This document shows, piece after piece, positions 49,622 to 62,252 of a DNA stretch of 64,000 nucleotides (position 1 is its first letter; every line of letters starts with the position of its first letter). Below the pieces are notes generated by a model, which made no database searches, was not told the DNA's origin, and was given only the letters and a program-made list of their open reading frames with translations. The position numbers and the translations under genes were made by a program. The DNA is from Sphaerodactylus townsendi (Eukaryota). The stretch spans positions 101,370,001-101,434,000 of the forward strand of contig NC_059428.1 in the NCBI RefSeq assembly GCF_021028975.2, read 5' to 3'.

Positions 49622-50473
49622 CTAAAAGAGACACAAAGATTGCTCAAATTATTTTGCACTTTGGAAAAAGTAAGCCACTAAAGAGTAAAGAACCTAATTC
49701 CTGGCATTATGTTTCTTATTGTTCATTTATTGTCAGTATTTACTTTAATATATTTCAACCATTTCATTCAGTCACCCCTTTCATCCACGGTATTCCTGAA
49801 CCCTCGGCTTCTGGCTTCTCCTTTCTATCTAAAAGAAAGCTACTGACTTTTTTTAACTTGAAAGAATCTCATCTGTGCTTGTATTAATAACAAAACCAAG
49901 GGGAAAAGAGGAACAATTTTCCAACATATGCTCTCACACTACTCTAGTTTCCTACAATTTCACCTCCCACCAGCTGCTTCATCAAAACACCTGTGAGCAA
50001 AGTTACAGTCTTCAGTTTAATTTACCATTCTTCTGTACTGCATGTTTATTTGTTTATTCAAAACATCTGTTAGTTATCTTTCAACCTAAGGGAACTCAAG
50101 ACGGCTTACAACATAAATAAAGCAAAAACACAAAAACAAAATTTAAAACCACAATTTGAGGCAGCCAACTTAATCAAATGTCATCCTTTAAAAAAATAAT
50201 TCTCACTCTTGTTCCACTGCTTCTTTCATTCCTTTCCATCCCGCTACTTATTCTTTCAGAGCTTCCTCATGTTCTGTTTCAGCACTTATTTTATAAATTA
50301 CTATAGGTCTAAGAAACAGTCTTCATCATTGATTTGTTAAAGGATACAAGAAGCAGTCTAATTCCTAGAATTTCACAATTTGGGTAGGTGGGGAGAAATA
50401 AATAGATTTTGCAATGCCACAATCTGGAGTTTTAAAAAATGGAAGTAGTAGGATACATCTGCAGGCCTCTTAC

Positions 50474-50571
50474 CTTATCTAGCTTTCTTGAACGAAGGGC
50501 ATGTGCTGCCCTGTGGTACTGAGCTGTCAGGTAAAGGCACTGAGCTAGCCAATAGATGTCCTGTGGCTCCT
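50474..50571 (-). CDS. CDC16: CDC16 exon 3 (EEPQDIYWLAQCLYLTAQYHRAAHALRSRKLDK)
   Basis: 98 nt, TAG/GTAAGA. Confidence 0.96.
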
Positions 50572-50938
50572 CTAGAAATAACCATACAGTGTTAAGCGTG
50601 ATCTGAAGTCCTACAGACTATGATCTTGTTTCCACGAAACGAATATACAGTATATTCAGAAATAAATATATTTATGTTATCCAAAACATTTATACAAAGA
50701 AATTCGGCAACAGTATAAAATTCATATCATTATCTATCTCAGAAATATGGCAATTTATGGACTGAAACGAAACCCTTAGAATTTTACACACCATTGGTAT
50801 ACTCTTAGATGAAAACAGATCCTGTTTCTGCGATTTTGCTAAGCTGTGTGGATTACAGACAGACACTGCAATAATTTCCTAAAGACATTGCACTGGAAAG
50901 TTGAACTGTCACAGAAAAGAACGAAAAATGTGGCTTAC

Positions 50939-50993
50939 CATGAGACAACGAAGCTACTTTGTCAGCCCAAAATAGAGCACTTTGATATTGTTG
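50939..50993 (-). CDS. CDC16: CDC16 exon 2 (QQYQSALFWADKVASLSH)
   Basis: 55 nt, CAG/GTAAGC. Confidence 0.96.
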
Positions 50994-52817
50994 CTGTTTA
51001 AAAGGAGACAAAAATATACCAAATGTTACAGGTTGTTTTTAGAAAACAAATATGTTTAGCGAATGATATCCTATAGGTCCCAAACATATATTAGGAGTCG
51101 TCTGCTCCATTGGGAAACTTGGGAAATATTGGGAAACTTGAAATACAGTTTAGAGGAGCCTAGGAGAGAAGTCTGTTCAAAGATACTCCACGTGTTATTA
51201 ATTCAGTCACATGGTACCTTGTTGCTTATTTCTCAAATTAATCTCTATATTTACTGATACATCCCTCCCATTAATAAAATGTCAGCAATGTAATATTATA
51301 GACTAGCACTAAAGCTCATTTTAAATTAAAATAAAATGGGCTCAAGAACTGGATGGAGGGAGGGTGGGGCATCCTCCTCCTACTCCCTCTAGGATAGCAA
51401 CCCATACTGTTTGGGGTGAGGAAGGCTCCTGGTTTGGGGGAAGGTGGGTGGGGACAGGATGGAATGTCATGAGTCCTGCACACTCATTGGCTGGGGGTTC
51501 GTCGTCGGACATTCCATCCCTTAGGCAGTTATCTATAAGGATGAAACTAGAACCCACGAATTTTGAGTCCAGGACAAATTAACAAAGATCATATTCTAGC
51601 ATAAGGAAGGAAATTGCACACATGCATAAATAACAAGAGGTGGGCCCAGCCCTAGGAGACTTTGGCTCAAGACAAATAAGAGGCAGAAAACAGTTCCAAG
51701 AAAATAATAATACAATGTGGTGTAAAGTTGCTGCGCTATTTTGGATCCAGGTACTCCTTCTTCAGAAGAAATTTTACAGCCAGCTCCATCAAAGTGATGG
51801 ACACTAATTCCTTTGGCAAAGAAAATCCTATCTCCTGGACTTTCCCCAACTACATTCCAATAAACTGAAATCAGGCTGCATTCTGATACACCCTGGATAG
51901 CTAATGCAGTCTATCTCAGGATGAATATTTTGTATGCAGAATGCCTTGCAAATATATCACTATGAGCCATAGAATTTTCTGACCATATGCCCTAAGAGGC
52001 TGAGTGGAGAAGCCTCCTCACTACACAGAACAGAATCCATTTGGATCAATTAGCTTTTAGCAGATCCCCTGACTTGCAGACATTATGATACACCCTCGAC
52101 TTAAATCTCTGCAATAATGGTTGGTACATAACAAAGGTGTCACAGAAGCTTCCCCTACCAAACCATTTAGTCCTCAATAGGTACAAAAGGCCCTGCTGCA
52201 TATGATATGATGACTATGTATGGGTGAAGGTACAATGTATTGTCGAAGACTTCGACTTTCACTGCTGGAATTAACTGGCTGTTGTGAGTTTTCTGAGCTA
52301 CGTGACTGTGGTCCGGTAGTTCTAGCGCCTAATGTTTCATCGATGGTTGTCTTGGATATCAGCCGCTATATCTTTCATAAAAGAGACCAGGCAGTGTATT
52401 TATACATACTACTTTAAACCAAATAAGACTTTTAATCAGTGTACTCTTGCTGACAACTTACAAAAAGTAGATTGAAATTATACTAAGACACATTTTTTTA
52501 ATTTTCAAAAACATTTTTGAGTCATCCAGCAATTGCCAAGAGAAGTATTTCTACACCTCAATGGCCTTCCGTGCCTTGATGTATTGCATACCTAACAAAA
52601 TTCAAGTCCAGTAGCACGGAAACAGCCAATTTTTTTTTTTGCAGGGTTTAAGCTTCCAAGAGTCAAAGCTAATTTTGTCAGAACTGAACTTTGACTTTTG
52701 AAAGCTTATACCCTGGAAGAATGTGTTCACCGTTGACGTGCTACCGGAAGAATTTTGATCTGCTACTATAACCGTACCAAGAAAACTGAGAATGCTTTGC
52801 TTGCTGTCAGATTTGTA

Positions 52818-52963
52818 CTTAGGTTTTTACATGGACAATGGGCTATGCATCTAAACATACAAACACGTGGTCCACAAAAGCAGCTTACCCCTTAGGTTTT
52901 TACATGGACAATGGGTTATGCATCTAAACACACAAACACGTGGTCCATAAAAGCAGGTTACCC
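52818..52963. repeat. 73-bp tandem duplication in CDC16 intron 1, each unit with E-box CACGTG
   Basis: Units 52818-52890 and 52891-52963 differ at only a few bases. Confidence 0.9.
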
Positions 52964-53079
52964 TTTTTTCATGGCCAGGTGTTCCACAAACATACACGCA
53001 CAAGGCCATACGTATACCGTCTGAAAGACTGGAAAGCCACCACATCTGTGCCTGGCACCAAAGGAAGGGCTGTGGGGGG

Positions 53080-53440
53080 CATCGAAAAACGCCCAAGAGG
53101 ACTCCGTCTCGGCTCACCTGGTCTATGTATTGCCGCACCCGCTTCCTCAGACGCTCGAGATTCATGTCCCTGGAGTGCGCGTGGCAGCAACCAGGCTGAT
53201 CCCCGGGCCACGAGCGCCGGCTGCTTCCCCCTCTGAGCCCCAAAGCCTTCCCTAACTCTTGAATGACTCCTAGGCGAACTGCTACTCCAGCGGTTCGTAT
53301 GGGTCCGACAGGGATAACGCTCCCCTTCCCCGTGACATCTCTCTAGCGTAACGGTCATAATTGTGCCCGGAAACAGGAACCCCGCGTGGAACGTTCCGGG
53401 CGAACTGAATACGGCGGTGCGATGCGGCTGGCGTGGTTGG
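53080..53440. promoter_or_regulatory. CDC16 CpG-rich promoter / 5' UTR with ETS-type CCGGAA sites
   Basis: CpG-dense; CCGGAA near 53367 and TTCCGG near 53394. Confidence 0.65.
53118..53165 (-). CDS. CDC16: CDC16 (APC6) exon 1 (MNLERLRKRVRQYIDQ)
   Basis: Canonical CDC16 N-terminus; CAG|GTGAGC donor. Confidence 0.96.
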
Positions 53441-54544
53441 AATTAGGAGATGGTTTTCTTCGGTAACCTCTCGCTTGGAAAAGGTACGAGAATCGAATTA
53501 TTTTGCGGAGAGAGACAGCAATCCTTTCATTCCAAAAAAGTCAAGCCGGTACCTTGCTTCTTGCAGATGCTGTTGCGCAAGATATGTACACAAACTCTGG
53601 AATTCCTCGTTTGTGGTTTCTGTGTCCAACCTTTCTTCAGTCTTACATTGTTTATTAATTTTATTTTCATGCATTTCAGCCCAGAGTTTAGCGTAGGTTG
53701 CCAACCTCCAGGTAAGGCCTGGAAATCTTCTGGAATTTTCTCCAGATTGTCCAGATTGGTTCTAGGGTTCCAGGTCCAGGTTAGGAATACATGGAGATTT
53801 TGGGGTTGGAACTTTAGGAGGGCAGGGTTTGAAGAGGGATTTCACTGGTGTATACCTTAAATACCACAGTAAGAGTGGTATTTAAAATCTTACTGGCGGT
53901 CCACCTTCCAAAGCAGCCATTTCATCAGGTATCACATGGAGATTAATTGTAATAGTAAGAGATCAACAATCGTCACCTGGAGTTTGACAATACTTTCACT
54001 GGACAAAATGTTAGGAGCAGAAACTACCAGATCATGTCCACACAGCCCAAAAACCCATAACAGCCAGTTGACACGAAAGCCTTCAACAATATACATGCTT
54101 GAAGTCTTTTTTATTAGTAATCTTTGGTGAATACAGCAATTTTAGTTTCATAATACATAACCCGTGTGTCAGGTTCCAACTCCTGAAAGATGGGGCCAGA
54201 GGCTGTTATACCCTAAAATTCCTTTCAGCAACAGGAAGCAAACAAAGTCACTGAGGACTAAGCAGAATTCTGCTCTGCAAAGCAGAGGTTTGACCTGTTC
54301 TTGGCTGCCCTGCTTCCTGACTTTTAAAAGATTTAAAAGATAGTTATGCTGGTTTTAACAGAGGTGATTGATTCTTTTGATCCAGGCCTTACTTTCTTGC
54401 ACCTATTCCTTCTTGGGTTGCCACTTCTAATTTGGGATCTGGTGGATCCTAGGGAGGTCAGGGTATGGGCAGAGGAGAAACCTTAGTAGGATATAACACA
54501 ATAGAGTCCATCCTAGCTGCCATTTTCTTCAGGAAACTACTGAT

Positions 54545-54847
54545 GGGAGCAGCAGTGGCATAGGAGGTTAAGAGCTAGTGTATCTAATCTGGAGGAACCG
54601 GGTTTGATTCCCAGCTCTGCCGCCTGAGCTGTGGAGGCTTATCTGGGGAATTCAGATTAGCCTGTACACTCCCACACACGCCAGCTGGGTGACCCTGGGC
54701 TTGTCACAGCTTTTCAGAGCTCTCTCAGCCCCACCTACCTCACAGGGTGTTTGTTGTGAGGGGGGAAGGGCAAGGAGATTGTAAGCCCCTTTGAGTCTCC
54801 TACAGGAGAGAAAGGGGGGGATATAAATCCAAACTCTTCTTCTTCTT
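54545..54847 (+). mobile_element. Squam3-type SINE, full length, young
   Basis: GGGAGCAGCAGTGGC...ATATAAATCCAAACTCTTCTTCTTCTTC. Confidence 0.88.
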
Positions 54848-55207
54848 CTAGTTATAATACTGGGAGATCTCCAGACCTTACCTGGATCTTGGTGACCCTA
54901 TACCTCTGTTACCTCAGACAGTCTCTCTTCTTGTCTATGCTAGCCTGACAGGGGGGATGTTGCTGGCCTCATCCATGGGATCATCTGTAGGTATGGCTTC
55001 ATCAGGGGAACCCTGCCTCCTCCTGTACTGCACCCCCCAGACCTTCCTCACCTTCTGTCAGGTGGGACTTTCACCAGAGGCTTGCTTCAGTTGCTCCTGT
55101 CACAGATTGGGTTGCAGTGCCTACTCAGGAACTTACAACTGCAGGATTCTTGACCTCGGATGCTGTGGTAATAACCTAATACAACTTTCTTCCTATTCTT
55201 AATATGG

Positions 55208-55213
55208 TTTATT
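55208..55213 (-). terminator. Candidate CFAP97D2 polyadenylation signal AATAAA
   Basis: ~260 nt downstream of the predicted stop. Confidence 0.5.
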
Positions 55214-55469
55214 TGGGATTAATTACCCTGATTTGAATGGAATTTAATTTGTAGATATATTCAGAAGTGCTATACTAGCCAATGAATATATATGTTATCA
55301 TAACTAGTAACTGGTAAAAACATTTCTAGAGATCATTTAAAGTTAAATAATAAGATGTTTCTGATATTTACTCTTGATTTAATAATGTTAGTTTTATAAT
55401 GATGATTTTCTTCACATCAGGACTTCTGATATCCATTTTCGGAACTGCCATCATAAAATAATGATTCAT

Positions 55470-55619
55470 TTACACCTTGTCTCCTTGATTTTCATTTTTA
55501 TGCTCATGGTTTATGTCTTTGCTTCCCTTTTCTTCTTCTGGTTTGTCTATCAGACGTCCATCTTCCAGATGCTTGGTTTTCTGTTTGTCTCTTGGTGTTT
55601 TTTTGATATACTTTTGTTT
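55470..55619 (-). CDS. CFAP97D2: CFAP97D2 probable last coding exon (KQKYIKKTPRDKQK...NQGDKV*)
   Basis: TTTATTTCCTGTTGCACAG acceptor, phase 0 matching the 63154 donor; 50 open Lys/Glu-rich codons then AATAAA. Confidence 0.65.
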   Translation of the reverse strand, partial: KQKYIKKTPRDKQKTKHLEDGRLIDKPEEEKGSKDINHEHKNENQGDKV

Positions 55620-56708
55620 CTGTGCAACAGGAAATAAATAATCTATTAATATGCTGAAGATACATTTAATTTTATTCTACCATTTCAACCGGTAAATAAG
55701 CAAGACATTTTTAACCTTAAGAAGTCAGTCATTATTCATTGCCACCACATAACTATAAAATATTCAATTTATAACTCTTGGTTTCTTCTTTTCTGTAACA
55801 ATTTTATGTTTTAGTGGGGTCACTTTTAATTTCTTGTTGAGCCAAGCCATTTCTGAAAGCACAACAGTGCAAGGGAAATAAAAAGTAGTGGTATTTAAAG
55901 TCTTACTGGTGGGGATTAATCTCTAGCTTTCTTGTAAAGGCATTGATTCCTGAGTGCAGTAATTTGGGCTTCAGGAATGCTTTGAGATTTGTGATAAATG
56001 TAAGACAGATAGCAGCGCTGCAACTTGAGAAATCCATTCTTTATCATTTATGTAGCATTTCTCATTGCACAAAGATAACAGGCTTAAAAGTTTCTTAGTG
56101 GAAAGTTTATTTGCTTTTCTCCAGCTGCTAAGAGTGGTCTGCTTTTTTTTTTTGAGGTTACCCAGAACTGAAGGAATTAGTTGAAAACATAAATACTGAA
56201 CCCCTCAAATGATGGCAGCAGAGACATCTGGAATTTTGAGCTAAGCATATATTTAAAAAAATGTGATTACTTTTTTACAGAGTAAACTGCAACCTGGGCT
56301 CACAGTTCCGCATTCTTGATACATATATATCACTTTTCTTGTGTTTGTGACAAATTCAGTTGGCTGAGAAGGAGCAATGGTTACATAGTGTTAAAGATAA
56401 TGTTATTGTGAAGTAGATAGGAATCTGAATTCAAGAAAAGTCTGGTGCTCATTAAAGAAGAACAAAATTTGGTGGAATATAAAAGGTCTAGGGTTGAAGA
56501 GAGAAGAAGCTACTGCAGCGGGAAACATACAGAAAACTGGAGAATAGTGATGAAAGTCTCTATTTCCTTCCTTCTGCTAAATGTAATTTTTTCATTTGTT
56601 CCCAGAATGCTATTCTCTGGCTGTCTCCTGCTTCTTCTTGAGACACTCTCCTCCTGCCTTGTCATGTAGTTAGGATGTTTATGTTTCCCTTTATTGCTTG
56701 GTCTATCC

Positions 56709-56857
56709 CAGGGGTCTGCAACTTGTGGCTCTCCAGATGTTCATGGACTACAATTCCCATCAGCCCCCGCCAGCATGTCCAATTGGCCATGCTGGCAGGG
56801 GCTGATGGGAATTGTAGTCCATGAAACATCTGGAGAGCCACAGGTTGCAGACCCCTG
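56709..56857. mobile_element. hAT MITE, near-perfect 149-bp palindrome, TSD GTCTATCC
   Basis: TIR CAGGGGTCTGCAAC; TSD at 56701-56708 and 56858-56865. Confidence 0.93.
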
Positions 56858-57185
56858 GTCTATCCAGTAATGGCAGTTCCGAAATTATTTTCTGTGCCCT
56901 CTTTCCACCCAAATAGGGTCCCCAAGATGGTGAATGTTGAAACATTAAAATGTTGAAACATTAAAACAACAGTTAACTTAGAAGTGTATATAAAATATTT
57001 AAACAATTCAATGAACATAAATGTACCTCTCACAACTAGTTAGGAGGGCCAATAACAGTTAGTGGGGAATGGGGAATGCCAAACAAAATGCAACCCCATG
57101 CAGAACAGGGGATAATTTAGTTCCTGGGTAACCCCCCCTCTTCCCCATAACACCTCTGTTTTGTCAGATTTAAGTTTCAGTTTGT

Positions 57186-57606
57186 AAGAAGAGGAAGAGT
57201 TTGGTTTTAATCCCCACTTATCTCAATCGTGAGCAGTTTTAAAATAGCTTATAAACTCCTTCCCGTCTTCTCCCTCCCAACAGACACTTTGGCTCATTTC
57301 GCACATGCAGAATAATGCACTTTCAAACTGCTTTCAGCCCTTTGAAGCTGTGCGGAATAGCAAAATCCACTTGCAAACAGTTGTGAAAGTGGTTTGAAAA
57401 CGCTTTATTTTGCATGTGCGGAAGGGGCCTTTGTGAGGTAGGTCAGGCTGAGAGACTTCTGAGAGACCTGTGGCTAACTAAAGGTCATCCAGCAAGCTTT
57501 ATGTGTAGAAACGAGAATCAAACCTGGTTTACAAATTTAGAGTCTGCCATTCATGTGGAGGAGTGGGGTGTCAAACCCATTCCTCCAGATTAGAGTCCAC
57601 CATTCC
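57186..57606 (-). mobile_element. Squam3-type SINE interrupted by a Harbinger-like MITE
   Basis: SINE sequence CAGACAC|...|TGTGAGGTAGG resumes after the insert. Confidence 0.75.
57291..57429. mobile_element. PIF/Harbinger-like MITE (copy 2), TTT flanks
   Basis: Near-identical to 25759-25899. Confidence 0.8.
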
Positions 57607-58070
57607 TTGTAATTTACAGGTACTGTGAACAGACTACATGTATCTGATGAAGGGAGCTCCGATTGATTCACACAAGCTTATACTGGAATTCTTGGTGGAC
57701 TGAGAATTTAGTGTCAGACAAACTCATTAAGGACACTGAATAGTGGGGGCAGGAAAGCACTTTTGGAGGCCTCTGGTAGCTCCTGGACTTGCTGCTTGTT
57801 TTTTCCATCTGGTCCTGTAAGATGTTGTTAATTGCCGAACCACTTTGACTCCCTGGATGTTTTTACATGCAATCTTTGAACCTGGGGATGGCCTAAGGCA
57901 CAAACAGAAGACTCTTGCCCTGTGGCTCTTAGCTGACATCTCTAGTGTGGCTGTTTGTCTTTGAGATACCTGCTGATTGGGGATGTGTTTGGGAAAGCAG
58001 AAAGGACCAGGGCATGGTGCTGCAATTAATCGGGTATGGGGTGGATAAGATAAGATGGTGGAAAAACAGT

Positions 58071-60380
58071 GGAACGTTCTTGGCTTCCGCACAAACAGAG
58101 CAACCTTTAATATATGTCTCAATGTCCTTGCGCATTGCGCGCCACCAAAATTGACGGCGGGCCAAATGTAGAGTTTTGAGAAAGCCAAAATGTCCAGCTG
58201 AGCGGGCATCATGACAGGCCTCGAGAACCTGCTTACGGAGGGGGGGAGGCACGTACCAACATTCCCCCCGTCGCCAAACACCATTCTCCAAACGCAATTG
58301 GGAGTCACTTTCCTCCGCCGGTGGCTCGTGCAGCCCCGCCTCCTCGAGTTCCCGTAGGAAAGGAGAGACCAGGCTGGGAATGGGCGGAGGAGGAGGGGTG
58401 GACGTCTGAGATCGGGTGACAGCCAGCCCCAATTGGGAGGGGGAGAGAATAGTGCGTGGAATGTCCCGTAAGGCAGCTCCACCCCCCTCCCCGGGGAGGC
58501 GCGAGAGCGCATCAGCCAGTTTATTGGGGTTTCCGGGGAAAAAATGTACCGTGAAAGAGAAACGAGAAAAGAAATCGGCCCAACGAAGTTGCTTCGCGGA
58601 CATCTTGAGGGGGGGTGGAGAGGGCGGCCAAGTTCTTGTGATCCGACCAAACTTGAAAGGGGTGTTTAGCCCCTTCCAGCCAGTGGCGCCAAGTGGAGAG
58701 TGCTACTTTGATGGCCGCAGTCTCTTTATCCCCTACAGTCCAGTTGAGCTCAGCACCGGAGAATTTCTTTGATAAATAAGCACACGGAACCAGCCTACCA
58801 TCTTTATTTTCTGCAACAGGGCTGCCCCAAGCGCTTTGTCCGAGACATCCACGTGAACCACACATGGGCGCTCTGGATCAGGGTGCTCCAGGATAGGTTC
58901 GGTGGTAAAAGCTGATTTTAATAGCTGAAAGGCTGTCTGACATTCTTTAGACCAGGAAAGGGGGGCCCCGGGTTTGGCAGTCAATGGATCTTTACCCTTA
59001 GTGCGTAAGAGGTCTGTGAGTGGGAGAGTCAGTTCAGCGAATTGGGGTATAAAGTCACGATAGAAATTAGCAAAACCCAGAAAAGATTGGAGCTCCTTTC
59101 GGTTGGTAGGGGCAGGCCACTGGAGGACTGCATCAATCTTAGCAGGATCCATCTTGAGGCCCTCGGGCGAGATCCGGTAACCCAAATAGTCAATAGAGGT
59201 TTGGTGGAAACAGCATTTTGAAAGTTTGGCAAAGAGGAGTTGTTGAGCAAGCGTTTCAATACTTCCCGAACCAATGCTTCATGCTCTTCCATGGTTTGTG
59301 AATAAATCAAAACGTCATCTAAGTACACCACTACTCCCTTGTACAATAAATCATGGAGAACTTCGTTGATAAGGGCCATAAAACCTCCGGGGGCCCCACT
59401 TAACCCGAATGGCATTATTAAGTATTCAAACTGTCCAAACTTTGTGTTAAATGCAGTCAAGTGTTCATAGCCTTCAGCAATTCTGACCCTGTAGTAAGCT
59501 TCTCTCAAGTCCAACTTAGTAAAAGATCGCCCTTTGCCCACGCGCCTTAATCTAAAAAAGGTCCTTGATCAAAGGCAAAGGGTATTTATTGGACAGGGAG
59601 ACTGCATTGAGACCTCGGTAATCTGTGCAGAGCCGTAAAGACCCATCTTACTTTTACAAACAATACAGGAGCAGCATGTGTGTGTTTGGTAGCCCGCCGT
59701 ATGAACCCGCGAGCGAGGTTCTTGTCTAAGAAGGCACGAAGTTCCTTCTCCTCATTGGGACTCATACGGTAGATTCTACCCTTGGGCAGTTGCGCCCCTG
59801 GCTGTATTACGATTTTGCAGTCAGTGTCTCTATGGGGTGGCAACTGATCGCATTCTTGCTCCTGAAATACTCTGGCTAGATCTTGGGATGCCGGTGGGAT
59901 GCCGGTAGAATCGGGCGCAATCGCTGATGAAGCCAGGGGTGTGTGTGTCAGGAGAAGTCGAGTTTTCCCCCCCAATTCATGTGTTCCCCGCAGGGAGGGT
60001 CAGTGAATTCCAAGATCCTTTCTTTCCAAAGGAATTTTGGTTCATGTAACAACAACCATGGCATGCCCAGAACTATGGAGTGTTTGGCCACTGGCGCCAG
60101 AATAAAACTAATTTTCTCCCAATGGTCGGTAGCCGGAGGAGAACCGGTTGCGTTTTGAACTGGGCGGATCCTTCGCTCCCGAGAAGACTGCCGTCCATTT
60201 GGGTGAATGGTATGGGCTTAGCCAGGGGACTTGGTCTAGACCCAGTTCCTCCGCCACCTGGGGCCGCATTAAGCAATGGGAGCAGCCAGAATCTACAAAG
60301 GGCTGAAGGCTATAATACGAAAGTATGCTTAAGCGGGGTTGGCCAGAAACGCTTGGATTGTGATGGGGCTGCCTTCACTC
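58071..60380 (-). pseudogene. Gypsy pol (PR-RT-RH-partial IN), multiple frameshifts
   Basis: ORFs 59586-59975, 59029-59541, 58733-59185, 58521-58865 and 57929-58603 tile pol in different frames. Confidence 0.92.
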
Positions 60381-60399
60381 ACCAGCGTCTGGAGTCGAA

Positions 60400-62192
60400 C
60401 CCATGTCCATGGGGGCTGAAGAAAGGCACACAGCTGCTTCCCCACCTCTGGGTCGCCTTCAATAACTGCCTTGAATGCGCCTGTTGGGGGCGGCCCGGAT
60501 TTGCGTGGTGGCTTGGCAGATGGGGATCGCAGCGCAGCAGGAGCGGTTGGCTTCTGTTTTTTCGGGCAGTTGGCGGCTAGATGACCTGGTCCTCATGATA
60601 AAAGATTACAATGAAATCCCAGCCGGCGACGACCTTTCGGAGGTGGTCTCGGTAGAGGCGGCTGGAAGCTTGGCTTGGTGGTCGGCAGTAGTGGTCGTAG
60701 TGGCGGGTTTTGGGCGTGGGCCCCGGCACGGGCGTATTCCAAACGAGGCGCCACTTGGGATCCCAATTCGATCCAATCAGCAATAGTGCGGGGGATCGAA
60801 TTAAAAACACCGTTTCAGCGCCAACTTGCCGTCGACAGCATCCGAGAAGTATTCGCATTTCATGCGCTCAGGCCACTCAGGAGGGAGTCGAGCAGCAGCG
60901 CATACCACGAAATTCACGGGCAAATTCTGCAAGCCAGCGGTTGCCTTGCTGGATAGATTTGATAGATGCGGATAGCTTCATTTTCAGCACCCGGATCTTG
61001 GAAGCGAGCCCTTAAGGCTTGGAGGAATGCGGGCACCGTGCGAGTATCCTCATCTTGCAGGTTCAAAAGAGTCACAAACCAGTGCGGCTGCCGCCCATCC
61101 AGGACTGAGCCGATGTCCCGTATTTTTTAGCTCAGACCGGGTATAAATCGTCATAGTCCTCCATGTGGGCATCGAGTTGCAAGATGAAGTAGGGAAGTTT
61201 GGAAGCGGTCCCATCCCGAAGCGGGCAGGTATTGGAGGCCTGTAGTATCCCCTCTCCACGGCCCTTGCCCGCAAGGGCGGTGGTTGCGCAGGTTGAGGCA
61301 GCGGTTGCGCAGGGGGGGCTGGAATCGGTGGAGGTGGAGGTACCAACGCCGGTTACGCTGGCGTTCTGGTGGGGAGCCCGGTCCTTGGAAGGTGGCAGGA
61401 CCCAGCAGCGTCGCCCCTCTGGCGCCGGCTGTACCAGTGACAGCGTAGACTCCAACTTGGGTTGTCCTGTTCTGCTGCTTCTTCAGTTCCCTCTCCAAGG
61501 CAGCCAGCTCTCTCTCCTTGCGAGTCAATGCATCCCGGTCTCTTTGCAGGTTTTCACGCTCTTGCTGCAGCTGTTCTCGTTCCTCTTCCCATAGCTGCCG
61601 TTCACGGGTCCATGCTTCTTGGGCATCTCGCAGTCGGCTCACTTCCTCATCCCAGCTCTCTTTCGATGGGAGAGGGAATAGATCGGAAGGGAGTGCAGGC
61701 TCTCTCCGGACTCCTCTTCCTCTGAACGCAGGGACGCCGCGTGCCCACCGGTGGCTCCACGGGGCATCTCAGATCCAGCTGCTAATCCGGGATCTGGGGG
61801 CCACGGTGGATTCTTGGGAGCATCACCAAAATACGAGTCCAGGAATCGTTCAATGGACTCCTGCGTTGCCGCATGAAAGGTGGTCAGACCCGTCTCCTCC
61901 GTGACAGGCTGCACCTGAGGTTTGTAATCCACATGGAAACGGGCAGATATCCGATCCACAGGCGCTCGATCCATAGACAGCGCCCCAAGCGACTCATGTA
62001 AGTCCACATGATCGCCTCCTGCGTCCCTCGTGCCAGCGGAGTAAGGGAAGACTTCGTGCTGATCACGAGGGCGGGAAAGAGTCACCAGCGAGACCCGTTC
62101 TCCCGCCGGTTCCTCCAGATCCAGAAGGGAAAGGGCCGGAGCCCTCTTTGGGGGGCTACCGCACCTTCCCCAGAAACATCCAACCTCTCCAT
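60400..62192 (-). pseudogene. Gypsy gag (coiled coil, PEG10/sushi-like capsid, decayed zinc knuckle)
   Basis: Coiled coil in ORF 61151-61642; R.DGTASKLPYFILQLDAHM capsid-like segment; GHLAANCP at ~60563-60586. Confidence 0.8.
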
Positions 62193-62239
62193 GCCGAGGC
62201 ACCAGAGGTCCACTGCACTAGGAATATAGATGAATTAGG

Positions 62240-62250
62240 ATTCCTGCCAC
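62240..62250 (-). promoter_or_regulatory. Self-priming primer-binding site GTGGCAGGAAT
   Basis: 2 nt inside the LTR boundary; exact complement of LTR positions 62353-62343. Confidence 0.85.
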
Positions 62251-62252
62251 AA

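Noticed and set aside
57644-57685. Second hammerhead-like motif (CTGATGA...ACAAGCTTA)
   Set aside because: The GAAA core is mutated and the stems are decayed
57727-58650. 307-aa ORF, the longest in the window
   Set aside because: Alternate frame of Gypsy pol running into flanking DNA; no motifs
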